DNA from: a bacterium
GTDB lineage: Bacteria; UBA6262; WVXT01
DNA: 52,022 bases
Reading direction: 5' to 3'
NCBI GenBank assembly: GCA_046759165.1
Contig: JBHIBS010000010.1
Span: forward strand, 1-52,022
Under the pieces are notes generated by a model that was not told where the DNA came from, did not search any database, and saw only the letters and a list, made by a program, of their open reading frames with translations. Both the position numbers and the translations under genes were made by a program. The first letter of the stretch is position 1. Each line of letters begins with the position of its first letter. Positions 37,688 through 45,897 of this stretch are shown one piece after another.

Positions 37688-39637
37688 CTAAATTGTAGCT
37701 ACCTCAGCAAATATTTGTTCATCAGTAAAACTTGCAAGGTCAATTGCTCCTACCCGGCAGGCAGAGACACAATTTCCACAACCATGACAGACGCTTTCAA
37801 TTACTTTAGCAACTGTTCTTTTATCTCTGGTAATTTCTTCTTCAATAGCACTAAAAGGACAGACTACTTTACAATCAAAACAACCGTTACAAATACGTTG
37901 ATTAACTTGCGCAACAACTGGTTCAACAGTCAAATAATCGTGAGTAAATAATCCCAATGCTTTAACTGAACCAGCAGAAGCAGTAGCCACGGTATCAGGA
38001 ATATCCTTTGGTGATTGACAGGCACCAGTTAAGAATACACCTGTGGTTACTGTTTCCACTGGAGCAAGTTTCGTATGTAATTCAGTGAATAGTCTATTCT
38101 TATCATAAGGGATACCCAGCATTTGTGCTACCTTGACCGCATCTGGTCGGGCAATCAAACCAGTAGCTAAAACAACCAAATCAGCGTCTATTTCAATCTG
38201 CGTCCCGGAAAGCGAATCTGCTCCACGGACAATTAACTTGTCACCGCGAGGGAAAATTTTTGATACACGACCACGCAGGTAAAGAACTCTATATTCATCC
38301 TGTACTCTTTCGATAAATTCTTCATAATTTTTCCCTGCTGCTCGAATATCAATATAGAAAACATAAGCTTGCGCATTAGGATTGTGTTCCTTTAATAGTA
38401 AAGCGTGTTTGGCAGTATACATACAACAAAGTCTTGAACAATAGGGCACCCCTTTGGATTCATCTCGCGAACCAACACATTGAATGAAAACCACATTCTT
38501 TGCTTCTTTTCCATCTGAAGGGCGAATGATTCTACCACCAGTTGGGCCTGAAGAATTAACCATTCTCTCATATTGTAATCCCGTGATTATATTCTTATAT
38601 TTCCCTCCACCATATTCGCCATACACCGACCAGTCGAAGAGGGTAAAACCAGTAGCTACAATAATTGCACCGAATTTCTCTTCGATGGTTTCGTCTTGTT
38701 GCTCATAATCTATTGCTTCTGCGGGACACATTTTTTGACAAACTTTACATTTACCAGTAGTAAAATAACGACAGTTTTTTCGGTCAATAACCGGAATATT
38801 TGGGACTGCTTGGGGAAAAGGCACATAAATCGCTTTGCGCATACCCAAGCCCTGATCAAACTCTGAGGGCACTTTAATCGGACATTTCTGCCAGCAAATC
38901 CCACAACCAGTACATTTGGACATATCCACAGAACGAGCACGCTTACGGATTTTTACTGTAAAGTTTCCTACATAACCGGAGACTTCTTCTACTTCTGAAT
39001 ATGTATAAATTTGAATATTTTCATCTTGGGCTACTGTAACCATTTTAGGTGTCAGGATACAAGCCGCACAATCCAATGTAGGAAAAGTTTTATCAAACTG
39101 CGCCATTCTGCCACCAATACTGGGTTCTCTTTCCACAATTACTGCTTTATACCCAGCAATCCCGATATCAATAGCAGCTTGAATTCCTGATATTCCACCA
39201 CCGATTATTAACGCTTTCTTTTCTACAGAAACCTTCATTTTAAATAAAGGCTTGTTTTTGTTTACTTTAGCTATAGCTAATTTCACCAAATCGCAACCCT
39301 TTTCGGTTGCTTCTTCTTTATCTTCATGTACCCATGAACATTGTTCCCGGATATTGGCCATTTCCACTAAATAGGGATTTAAACCATTATTTTCTAAACA
39401 TCGTTGGAAAGTACGTTCATGTAATCGAGGGGAACAGGCAGCTACAACGACTCGATCAAGTCTTTCTTTTTTAATGGTTTCACTAATTAATAGTTGCCCA
39501 GGGTCAGAGCACATATATTTGTAATCACAGGCTTTTACTACATGTGGCAATTTAGCCATTTCTCTGGTTACTTTTTCTACATCCACAGTAGCAGCAATAT
39601 TGGTTCCACAATGACAAACAAATACACCTACCCTCAT
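37688..39637 (-). CDS. hdrA: Heterodisulfide reductase subunit A-like flavoprotein
   Basis: VGVFVCHCG (true start ATG 39637), AACSPRLHE, NIREQCSWVH, GGGISG, KTFPTLDC, QCVGSRD, CSRLCCMY, ferredoxin motifs. Confidence 0.95.
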   Translation of the reverse strand: MRVGVFVCHCGTNIAATVDVEKVTREMAKLPHVVKACDYKYMCSDPGQLLISETIKKERLDRVVVAACSPRLHERTFQRCLENNGLNPYLVEMANIREQCSWVHEDKEEATEKGCDLVKLAIAKVNKNKPLFKMKVSVEKKALIIGGGISGIQAAIDIGIAGYKAVIVEREPSIGGRMAQFDKTFPTLDCAACILTPKMVTVAQDENIQIYTYSEVEEVSGYVGNFTVKIRKRARSVDMSKCTGCGICWQKCPIKVPSEFDQGLGMRKAIYVPFPQAVPNIPVIDRKNCRYFTTGKCKVCQKMCPAEAIDYEQQDETIEEKFGAIIVATGFTLFDWSVYGEYGGGKYKNIITGLQYERMVNSSGPTGGRIIRPSDGKEAKNVVFIQCVGSRDESKGVPYCSRLCCMYTAKHALLLKEHNPNAQAYVFYIDIRAAGKNYEEFIERVQDEYRVLYLRGRVSKIFPRGDKLIVRGADSLSGTQIEIDADLVVLATGLIARPDAVKVAQMLGIPYDKNRLFTELHTKLAPVETVTTGVFLTGACQSPKDIPDTVATASAGSVKALGLFTHDYLTVEPVVAQVNQRICNGCFDCKVVCPFSAIEEEITRDKRTVAKVIESVCHGCGNCVSACRVGAIDLASFTDEQIFAEVATI

Positions 39638-39638
39638 A

Positions 39639-40508
39639 CTAACTCTCTCTCTCTTTAAATAGATTTTGTGGGCTGACAATATGTTTCTGCAAACCCAATT
39701 TTTTCGCTTCAATTCCCAAGGCTAAACCTACCAATTGAGTGAAGTAAAGAATGGGAAGATTAAATTTAGTGTTGTATTTCCTTTCCGTCTCTCTTTGTCT
39801 TAAGTCAAGATTTGATTGACAAAGTGGACAGGCGACAACAAGACAGTCTGCCTCTGCTTCCTTAGCCATTTGTAATATGTCTTTACACAATTTCAACACT
39901 ATGTCGGTCTTAGTCAAAGAAAAACTCGCTCCACAACATTCTACTTTATAAGGCCACTCCACTGATTCCGCGCCCAAAGCGCCCATTAGTCGGTCCATCA
40001 TCTGAGGATTTTCGGCATCATCAAATTCCATTATTTTAGATGGACGTACAAGCAGACAGCCATAATAACAGGCTACTTTTATTCCTGTAAGTTTATGGGT
40101 AACTTTTTGAGAAATCTTTTCTAAACCGTATTCTTTGACTAAGATCTCTAAAAAATGTTTTGTTTCCACCTCACCTTCATACCGGTCTTTGAGGAGTTCA
40201 TTTATTTTCTCCCGTTTCTCTTCATCTGTTCGGATAATATGATTAGCAATTTTTAACCGATTGAAACAAGCAGCGCAACAGACTGCCAATTCACTGGCTC
40301 CGGTAGATCGTGTAATAAGTAAATTCTTTGTTGGTAAAACCAGAGAAAGATAGTGAAGTGTTACATGTGCCGGAGTAGCACCGCAACAAATCCAATCGGG
40401 AATCTCGCACAATTCTATACCTAACTGTTCAGCTACGGCTCTGGTGGAAATGTCATATTCCTTGGATGTAGAATGAAGGGCGCAACCGGGGAAATAGGCA
40501 TATTTCAT
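39639..40508 (-). CDS. hdrB: Heterodisulfide reductase subunit B-like (CCG domains)
   Basis: YFPGC, WICCGA, CAACF, YYGCL, ECCGA, ACPLCQ. Confidence 0.93.
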   Translation of the reverse strand: MKYAYFPGCALHSTSKEYDISTRAVAEQLGIELCEIPDWICCGATPAHVTLHYLSLVLPTKNLLITRSTGASELAVCCAACFNRLKIANHIIRTDEEKREKINELLKDRYEGEVETKHFLEILVKEYGLEKISQKVTHKLTGIKVACYYGCLLVRPSKIMEFDDAENPQMMDRLMGALGAESVEWPYKVECCGASFSLTKTDIVLKLCKDILQMAKEAEADCLVVACPLCQSNLDLRQRETERKYNTKFNLPILYFTQLVGLALGIEAKKLGLQKHIVSPQNLFKERES

Positions 40509-41155
40509 TTTTCTACGATTCCTTTTACCAGAGGCAATTTGTTTATAAGACCTTTAATCATAAACCTGAATGTTAATAATTCTTTTCTGCGAACCTTTTC
40601 CATTTTTCCTGAATTTTTAAATATGGACTTTAGTTCTTTTAATCCTTTGACCCGGGCAGGAAAAATATTTATTTTTCCTTTCGAGAACATTTTTGGCGCA
40701 TGAACAAAATCTTTAAAGAAGTTTCCACTTAAAGTATTGAACATTCCGATTAATCCGAATTCATATAGCCTTCCAAAAAGTTCAATGTTTCTTAAAAATA
40801 TTCGATTGAATAAGGGAATATATGTATGCAGTTTTGGAAAAATATTTCTGCGATAGGCAATCCTTCTTAACACGTCCATAACTTCGGCAATCTCTATCTC
40901 TCGCGGACAACGAACACTGCAGGTAATGCAGGAGGCACAAAGCCATATTGTGTTACTGGAAAGGACAGTATCCTTCATTCCTAATTGAATCATTCTGATG
41001 ATTTGATTAGGAGTATAGTCCATTTCGTAGGCGATTGGACAACCGGCTGAGCATTTACCGCATTGGTAACAATGAAAAATTCTTGTCTTACTTTCCGCTT
41101 CTATCTCACGGACAAATTTTGCTTTTAGAGTATCTGAGTGGATAAACCATTTCAT
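40505..41155 (-). CDS. hdrC: Heterodisulfide reductase subunit C-like
   Basis: CYQCGKCSAGCP and WLCASCITCSVRCP. Confidence 0.93.
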   Translation of the reverse strand: MKWFIHSDTLKAKFVREIEAESKTRIFHCYQCGKCSAGCPIAYEMDYTPNQIIRMIQLGMKDTVLSSNTIWLCASCITCSVRCPREIEIAEVMDVLRRIAYRRNIFPKLHTYIPLFNRIFLRNIELFGRLYEFGLIGMFNTLSGNFFKDFVHAPKMFSKGKINIFPARVKGLKELKSIFKNSGKMEKVRRKELLTFRFMIKGLINKLPLVKGIVEK

Positions 41156-41200
41156 GACTTTTCCTTACCTTGTAAGATATAATCTCTACATTATATATTG

Positions 41201-41217
41201 AGCAACAAACTTGCCAA
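41201..41217 (-). promoter_or_regulatory. Sigma54 (-24/-12) promoter of the hdr-flx operon
   Basis: Minus strand TTGGCAAGTTTGTTGCT = GG-N10-GC, about 45 bp upstream of hdrC. Confidence 0.8.
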
Positions 41218-41222
41218 CTTAC

Positions 41223-41263
41223 AAAAAAAATAGACTACTCGACGAGAAGTCGAGTAGCCTATT
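41223..41263 (-). terminator. Intrinsic terminator between the SQR-like gene and the sigma54 promoter
   Basis: Minus strand taggctactcgac-ttctc-gtcgagtagtcta followed by T8. Confidence 0.75.
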
Positions 41264-41289
41264 AAAATTCCTCTAAGTTTCTATTCCTT

Positions 41290-41386
41290 AAGCATTACCT
41301 TTTAGTAATGCTTTTTACTTCAAAAACTTACTTTTCCGACGCAAAAAAGAACATTACCAAAAGGTAATGTTTTACAAAAAGGTAAT
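41290..41386. promoter_or_regulatory. Three TTAC-N6-GTAA palindromes, candidate enhancer sites for a sigma54 activator
   Basis: aagcattac-N6-gtaatgctt (41290-41313), aacattacc-aaaa-ggtaatgtt (41350-41371), ttac-aaaaag-gtaat (41372-41386). Confidence 0.65.
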
Positions 41387-41387
41387 T

Positions 41388-42536
41388 TCAAAACCAATGC
41401 CAGAGCCACCATTTTTCAAAAATTACTTTTCCCCAATGCCAGAACCTACTAGGTTTTCGCATCTTAACTTCTGGTGCAGGGGAAGTATAGAAGTTACCAC
41501 TGGCGAAACCCGCTTTCCCCTCACCAATTTCGAGAAAGCAGTATCCTTTCCCATTAAATTCTTTTTCCGCTCTTTCCCTCTTGATTTCATTGGCTATATT
41601 ATGAGCGACCACTTCGGCTTGATAATGAGCAAAAACGCCCGCTTTAGGCAGCATCTTACCCACAGGCAATTTTATAGTAGCTACATCTCCTAAAGCATAA
41701 ACATCATCATAACCTGTTTTCAAAGTTCCTTTATCCACGGGTATCCAACCGCTCTCGTTTGTTAAGCCAGCTTCTTTAACAACAGCAGGACTCCGATGAG
41801 GTGGAACCCCGATAAGAAGGTCAAACTTTACTTTTTGACCATTCTCAAAATTAAGTTCGCTATCTTTTGAATTAATGGAAGACAACTTGAAATTAGGATT
41901 GTAGATAATGCCATGTCCTTCTACCATTTGTCTTACCATATTACTGAGAACGGGTCCGGCAACACCCATAGGTGCTGCTTCGGGTGTGAAAATTTTCAAT
42001 TCAATTTTTTCTCTTATCCCTTTTTTCCTGAAGAGATAATCAAGGAGAAGACCTGCCTCATAAGGAGCAGCCGGACACTTGAAAGGAAGAGCAGAAACTG
42101 CAATTATTATTGTTCCACCAGAGAACTTACTAAGAACATGCCTGAGTCTTATTGCTCCGTCTAAATCATAAAGATTATAGGCAGTTTCAGAAAAACCAGT
42201 CATCATTTCCGGAGCGAGTTCAGCACCAAGAGCAATAACAAGATAATCATAGGTAAAATCACCTGAATTTGTTTTTATAACCTTAGTTGATAGATTAATA
42301 TTTGATACTTCAGCGTGGATATATTCGATTCCTTTTTTATTTAATAAACTTAGTTCTTTTTGAATCTGCAATGGTTCTCTCCATCCTACCATAACCCAGA
42401 GATTGGAGGGAAAAGTATGTTTTGTATTTCGATCAAGCAATACTATTCTATGTTTTTTACTCAACATATGTCTAAGTTTGTTAGCAGTTACAAGTCCACC
42501 TACCCCTCCACCAAGAATGAGAATAGTTTTACCCAT
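41388..42536 (-). CDS. Sulfide:quinone oxidoreductase-like FAD-dependent oxidoreductase
   Basis: GGGVGG FAD motif, FKCPAAPYE and GYCFLE redox Cys pair, KAGVFA, amphipathic C-terminus KVIFEKWWL. Confidence 0.8.
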   Translation of the reverse strand: MGKTILILGGGVGGLVTANKLRHMLSKKHRIVLLDRNTKHTFPSNLWVMVGWREPLQIQKELSLLNKKGIEYIHAEVSNINLSTKVIKTNSGDFTYDYLVIALGAELAPEMMTGFSETAYNLYDLDGAIRLRHVLSKFSGGTIIIAVSALPFKCPAAPYEAGLLLDYLFRKKGIREKIELKIFTPEAAPMGVAGPVLSNMVRQMVEGHGIIYNPNFKLSSINSKDSELNFENGQKVKFDLLIGVPPHRSPAVVKEAGLTNESGWIPVDKGTLKTGYDDVYALGDVATIKLPVGKMLPKAGVFAHYQAEVVAHNIANEIKRERAEKEFNGKGYCFLEIGEGKAGFASGNFYTSPAPEVKMRKPSRFWHWGKVIFEKWWLWHWF

Positions 42537-42542
42537 TTTCTT

Positions 42543-43307
42543 TTACCTCCTTTCTTCCTTGTATTTTTCGGCAATGAGTTCGGCTATCTTGGGATATACC
42601 TCCTTGAAATTAGTCCAATAAGCTGATTCACCGTGCCCTTCGATCCATTCACCTAAACACGCTCCACAGATTTCTCTGCCAGCCTTTAAATCTTCTTTAC
42701 AGGTACATTGAGCTCCTTCGCCATGCTTAGGTGATTTCTGAATGCAATACAGACAATCTTCTTCTAAGGCACATTCATATTTTACTTCTTCTCTTATAGC
42801 ATCAGTTTCTTTTATCCATTCATCTCTTAAATATTCAATAAATCTGCTTCGGTAAGGAAAACCCCGCATCATCATCCCCCCACCCGTCATCGGACATTCT
42901 CCTCGCATACCCATCATTGGATATCCGATTTTACCTTCATATTTTTTAGATATAAGTTTAGCCAAATCAGGATAAACTTCACTGAAAGCATTCCAGAAAA
43001 ATGGATTACCGTGACCTTCAATCCATTCCCCTAAACATTCGCCACATATTTCTTCACCCAACATAAGTTCCATTCTACACTTACAACTTGCTCCTGAACC
43101 ATGCTTCGGACTTTTTTTGATGCAGTACCAACAAGGCTCCTCCAGGCAGCAGGCATACATAACACTGTCTCTTATGACTTCAGCCTTCCCCATCCATTCT
43201 TCTCTCCGTTGTTCTACATTTTTAGAACCTGCCCAAGCTAACGCTCCAATAATAACTACCACTAAAGTTAGTGCCAACTCAATTCCTTTAATTTTTTTCA
43301 TCTCCAT
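42543..43307 (-). CDS. Exported Cys-rich protein with two tandem homologous domains
   Basis: Signal peptide; repeats CCLEEPCWYCIKKSPKHG..CKC..ICGECLGEWIEGHG and CALEEDCLYCIQKSPKHG..CTC..ICGACLGEWIEGHG; Met/Gly-rich linker. Confidence 0.75.
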   Translation of the reverse strand: MEMKKIKGIELALTLVVVIIGALAWAGSKNVEQRREEWMGKAEVIRDSVMYACCLEEPCWYCIKKSPKHGSGASCKCRMELMLGEEICGECLGEWIEGHGNPFFWNAFSEVYPDLAKLISKKYEGKIGYPMMGMRGECPMTGGGMMMRGFPYRSRFIEYLRDEWIKETDAIREEVKYECALEEDCLYCIQKSPKHGEGAQCTCKEDLKAGREICGACLGEWIEGHGESAYWTNFKEVYPKIAELIAEKYKEERR

Positions 43308-43319
43308 TCCTCTTATTCT

Positions 43320-43670
43320 TTAAAAAGTAATTACTCGGTCTGCTTCAGCAGTCCAGTTGATTAAATCCTTCATCCCAGCGGGCCAGCTTTTATCAAGCAA
43401 ATCGCCTTTGGCGATGCCACAACGATTGATACAGGTTGTGCAAAGTTTTATCTCTCCCCCTTTATTTTGTATCTCTAAAAGCATCTTACCTAAATCGAAC
43501 TCTGCATTTTCAGGTTTTGTCTGTTGGCGTGCTAAATCAACTCCATCGTTCATAAGAAAAATTTTTACTTCATAACCACTGGCAAGAGCAGTATCAGCCA
43601 TTCTTACTGCATTCCAGACAACATCACTACCATCATAAGGCTGGCGATTAATAATAAGTAAAAACTTCAC
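43320..43670 (-). CDS. DsrE/YchN-family sulfur relay protein
   Basis: PYDG, IFLMNDGV, LCTTCINRCG, ADRVITF; GTG start with GAGG RBS. Confidence 0.85.
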   Translation of the reverse strand: MKFLLIINRQPYDGSDVVWNAVRMADTALASGYEVKIFLMNDGVDLARQQTKPENAEFDLGKMLLEIQNKGGEIKLCTTCINRCGIAKGDLLDKSWPAGMKDLINWTAEADRVITF

Positions 43671-43753
43671 AACTTACATCCTCTTTTCTACAGATTTATT
43701 TACTCCCTTTTGCTTTTTTATTACTCTTACAGGTAATTCTTTATTTCATATCA

Positions 43754-45088
43754 TTAAAACTCATATCTTAAGGTTAAATAGAGATTATCATTCTTGTTCA
43801 GTTGGCCAAAGAAGGTATTATCGACTTTGCCACCAAAGACGTTTCCTCCTATAGAAATCCACATTTCATCGCTGATATTGTATTTAATTTCAGGAATGAT
43901 GAAATAATCCTCGTCATTAGGGCTATAGAAAGCAAAAAGGGAAAGTTTTAAAGTCTGATATTTAAGAAACTGGGTTAGCCTGAATGTTATATATTGTCTC
44001 AGTTTGTCTTGCTTGGGAAAAGATTGGGGCAAACTTTTTTCATAATTATCGTATTTATGCATATATTCTCCATAATATTGTAGCCCGATGTTAAACTCTT
44101 TCCACAGTAATGGCCTTTGATATCCCACTAGAAACATAGTTTGAGAATTCACTATTAAAGGATCTGTCCCATCTTGGTCATCAAGGGAATCGTAATATCC
44201 TCCTTCTATACTGAGCAGTCCATTCACAGCATTTCCTTGAGCGCTGAAACCATAGACAGCAAGTTCAGGAAAGAAAAAGCTAATTTTAGATGGAGAGGTT
44301 AAATTATCCGGACGCATTCCTGGAAAATGGGAAAATCCCTTATAGGCATAGAGTGATGTATCAAAACCCAAAACATTCCGGTAAAACCGTAAAGCCAGTT
44401 CCATATTTTCAAACTCTGGAGATGGTTTTAATGTTTCTCTATCCTGGATTTCGGAAAAGGGATCAAAAATAAATAACCTTTGCCCGGTAGGCAGATTATT
44501 AGGTTCAAAAAATGGAATAACCACAACTTCAGCAGAAAGAAAACCCGGAAAAAAATCTATCTTAAATGCATCAGAACCTATTTTCAAATATTCCAAAGGT
44601 CTGCCGGTAAAAAAAGCGAAGTAGTCCTTTGGAAAAACATCGTTAATAAAGAGCAGATCTCCTACACCCCAGGTAATTATCTGACGTCCTATTCTAAAGG
44701 AATACAGTTGTGAGGAATAATCTAGATATGCTTCCCGTATATCAATGTCCGTATTATTCTCAATAGAATCACGAAAAAAATCAACCTTTACAAAATACCC
44801 GGCATCACCTGATGAAGAATAATCTGAAAGTTTCAACTGAACTCTTTCTTCGGCAAGAAGAAAATCACTTTCACCTTCAGTTTTAAGTTTCTCACCAGTA
44901 ACTCGGGGAGTGTAGTTCCCTTGCAGAAAACCATGCAGAGAAACCTCTGCTATGAGTAATGATGGCCAGATAAGGAATATTACTAAAGAACTTATAAGAG
45001 CTTTCACCCTGTTAGAAATCACACTTTCCCTGTTTTTATTTTTTCTTTCCATATTACTACTATCTCCAAAATTTCTAACTGGGTTCAT
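43754..45088 (-). CDS. Outer-membrane beta-barrel protein (DUF1302-like)
   Basis: Signal peptide, IREAYLD, RIGRQIITWG, C-terminal LYLTLRYEF; ATG 45088 coupled to upstream TGA. Confidence 0.75.
   Translation of the reverse strand: MNPVRNFGDSSNMERKNKNRESVISNRVKALISSLVIFLIWPSLLIAEVSLHGFLQGNYTPRVTGEKLKTEGESDFLLAEERVQLKLSDYSSSGDAGYFVKVDFFRDSIENNTDIDIREAYLDYSSQLYSFRIGRQIITWGVGDLLFINDVFPKDYFAFFTGRPLEYLKIGSDAFKIDFFPGFLSAEVVVIPFFEPNNLPTGQRLFIFDPFSEIQDRETLKPSPEFENMELALRFYRNVLGFDTSLYAYKGFSHFPGMRPDNLTSPSKISFFFPELAVYGFSAQGNAVNGLLSIEGGYYDSLDDQDGTDPLIVNSQTMFLVGYQRPLLWKEFNIGLQYYGEYMHKYDNYEKSLPQSFPKQDKLRQYITFRLTQFLKYQTLKLSLFAFYSPNDEDYFIIPEIKYNISDEMWISIGGNVFGGKVDNTFFGQLNKNDNLYLTLRYEF
45003..45087. mobile_element. 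MITE-like insertion (77 bp plus TGAA duplication) in frame at the 5' end of the OM barrel gene
   Basis: Minus strand TGAA-cccagttagaaat...atttctaacaggg-TGAA: 13-bp inverted ends with one mismatch, net 81 nt. Confidence 0.7.
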
Positions 45089-45897
45089 TTTATCCACCTT
45101 TGGGACGGTCTTCTGAGGTAGCGTTCAGTAAATAGGCTATTACTGATTTCTATATTATATTTAACCTCATGGAAAGTCACCTCAGTACGATGTCCGCTTT
45201 TCACATTTTTCATTGTTCTTTTGGTCACCGTCCAAAAACCACCAATCTCTCTTATTTCCTCAACAGTAAACACCTTGTATAATTCACCTCGAAGATCGTA
45301 ATATTTCTCTCGTAAAGGAAGAAAGTTTGCTTTGTCAATCCAGGCAATCTTTTTATCATAATCAGCCTCGTTTTTAGGAACACTCTCTACTACATAGCAA
45401 TTTTTTCCCTCTACCTTTTCTTCCCTAAGAAGTGAGTGAGTATCTGCTCCCACATCTCTACCTGAAATATCTTCATAGCTGAAGTCAGAACCCACAAAAC
45501 TGGAGCGACTGTCCCTAGCAGATATACGGGTGACTAGTTTGATAGCCGGGATAAAAAGCCAACGGCTATCGTTTTTCTGCGGATACTTCCAGACCATAAA
45601 TGTAGTGCTTCTTACATCAGCCGGGTTGTGGAAATAGATAAAGTATTTTTGTTGGCCTTTATCGTAGTTCTTCCTAATCATGGTAAGTTCTCTTATTCGC
45701 TCTTTCCCTTCCTTGTTAATGAGTCTCATGACTACCCGGATTTTTAAATCATTTCCCGGATAAAAAAATGCTAGATGTGATTTTTCAATCACCGTTACTG
45801 CTTTGATTTTCTCTTCGGCAACAAGTCCAGTTTGAATTAACACTTCTAAAACAAACAGGACAGCAAAAATGGTAACCGCTTTTTTTAAAATACTCAT
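45085..45897 (-). CDS. Outer membrane lipoprotein-sorting protein-like (LolA-like) periplasmic protein
   Basis: Signal peptide, YFHNPADVRST, WLFIPA, SFVGSDFSYED, FTERYL. Confidence 0.82.
   Translation of the reverse strand: MSILKKAVTIFAVLFVLEVLIQTGLVAEEKIKAVTVIEKSHLAFFYPGNDLKIRVVMRLINKEGKERIRELTMIRKNYDKGQQKYFIYFHNPADVRSTTFMVWKYPQKNDSRWLFIPAIKLVTRISARDSRSSFVGSDFSYEDISGRDVGADTHSLLREEKVEGKNCYVVESVPKNEADYDKKIAWIDKANFLPLREKYYDLRGELYKVFTVEEIREIGGFWTVTKRTMKNVKSGHRTEVTFHEVKYNIEISNSLFTERYLRRPSQRWIK

Noticed and set aside
39638-39712. N-terminal extensions in the ORF track (hdrA, also moeB, JAMM, cysH, MMPL, kinase 33288)
   Set aside because: They overlap upstream genes or lack an RBS; downstream ATGs with RBS or stop-start coupling match the family N-termini.
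37220-41155. Selenocysteine recoding in HdrA or MvhD/FlxD
   Set aside because: The ORFs are uninterrupted and have Cys at the relevant motifs; no in-frame TGA is needed.
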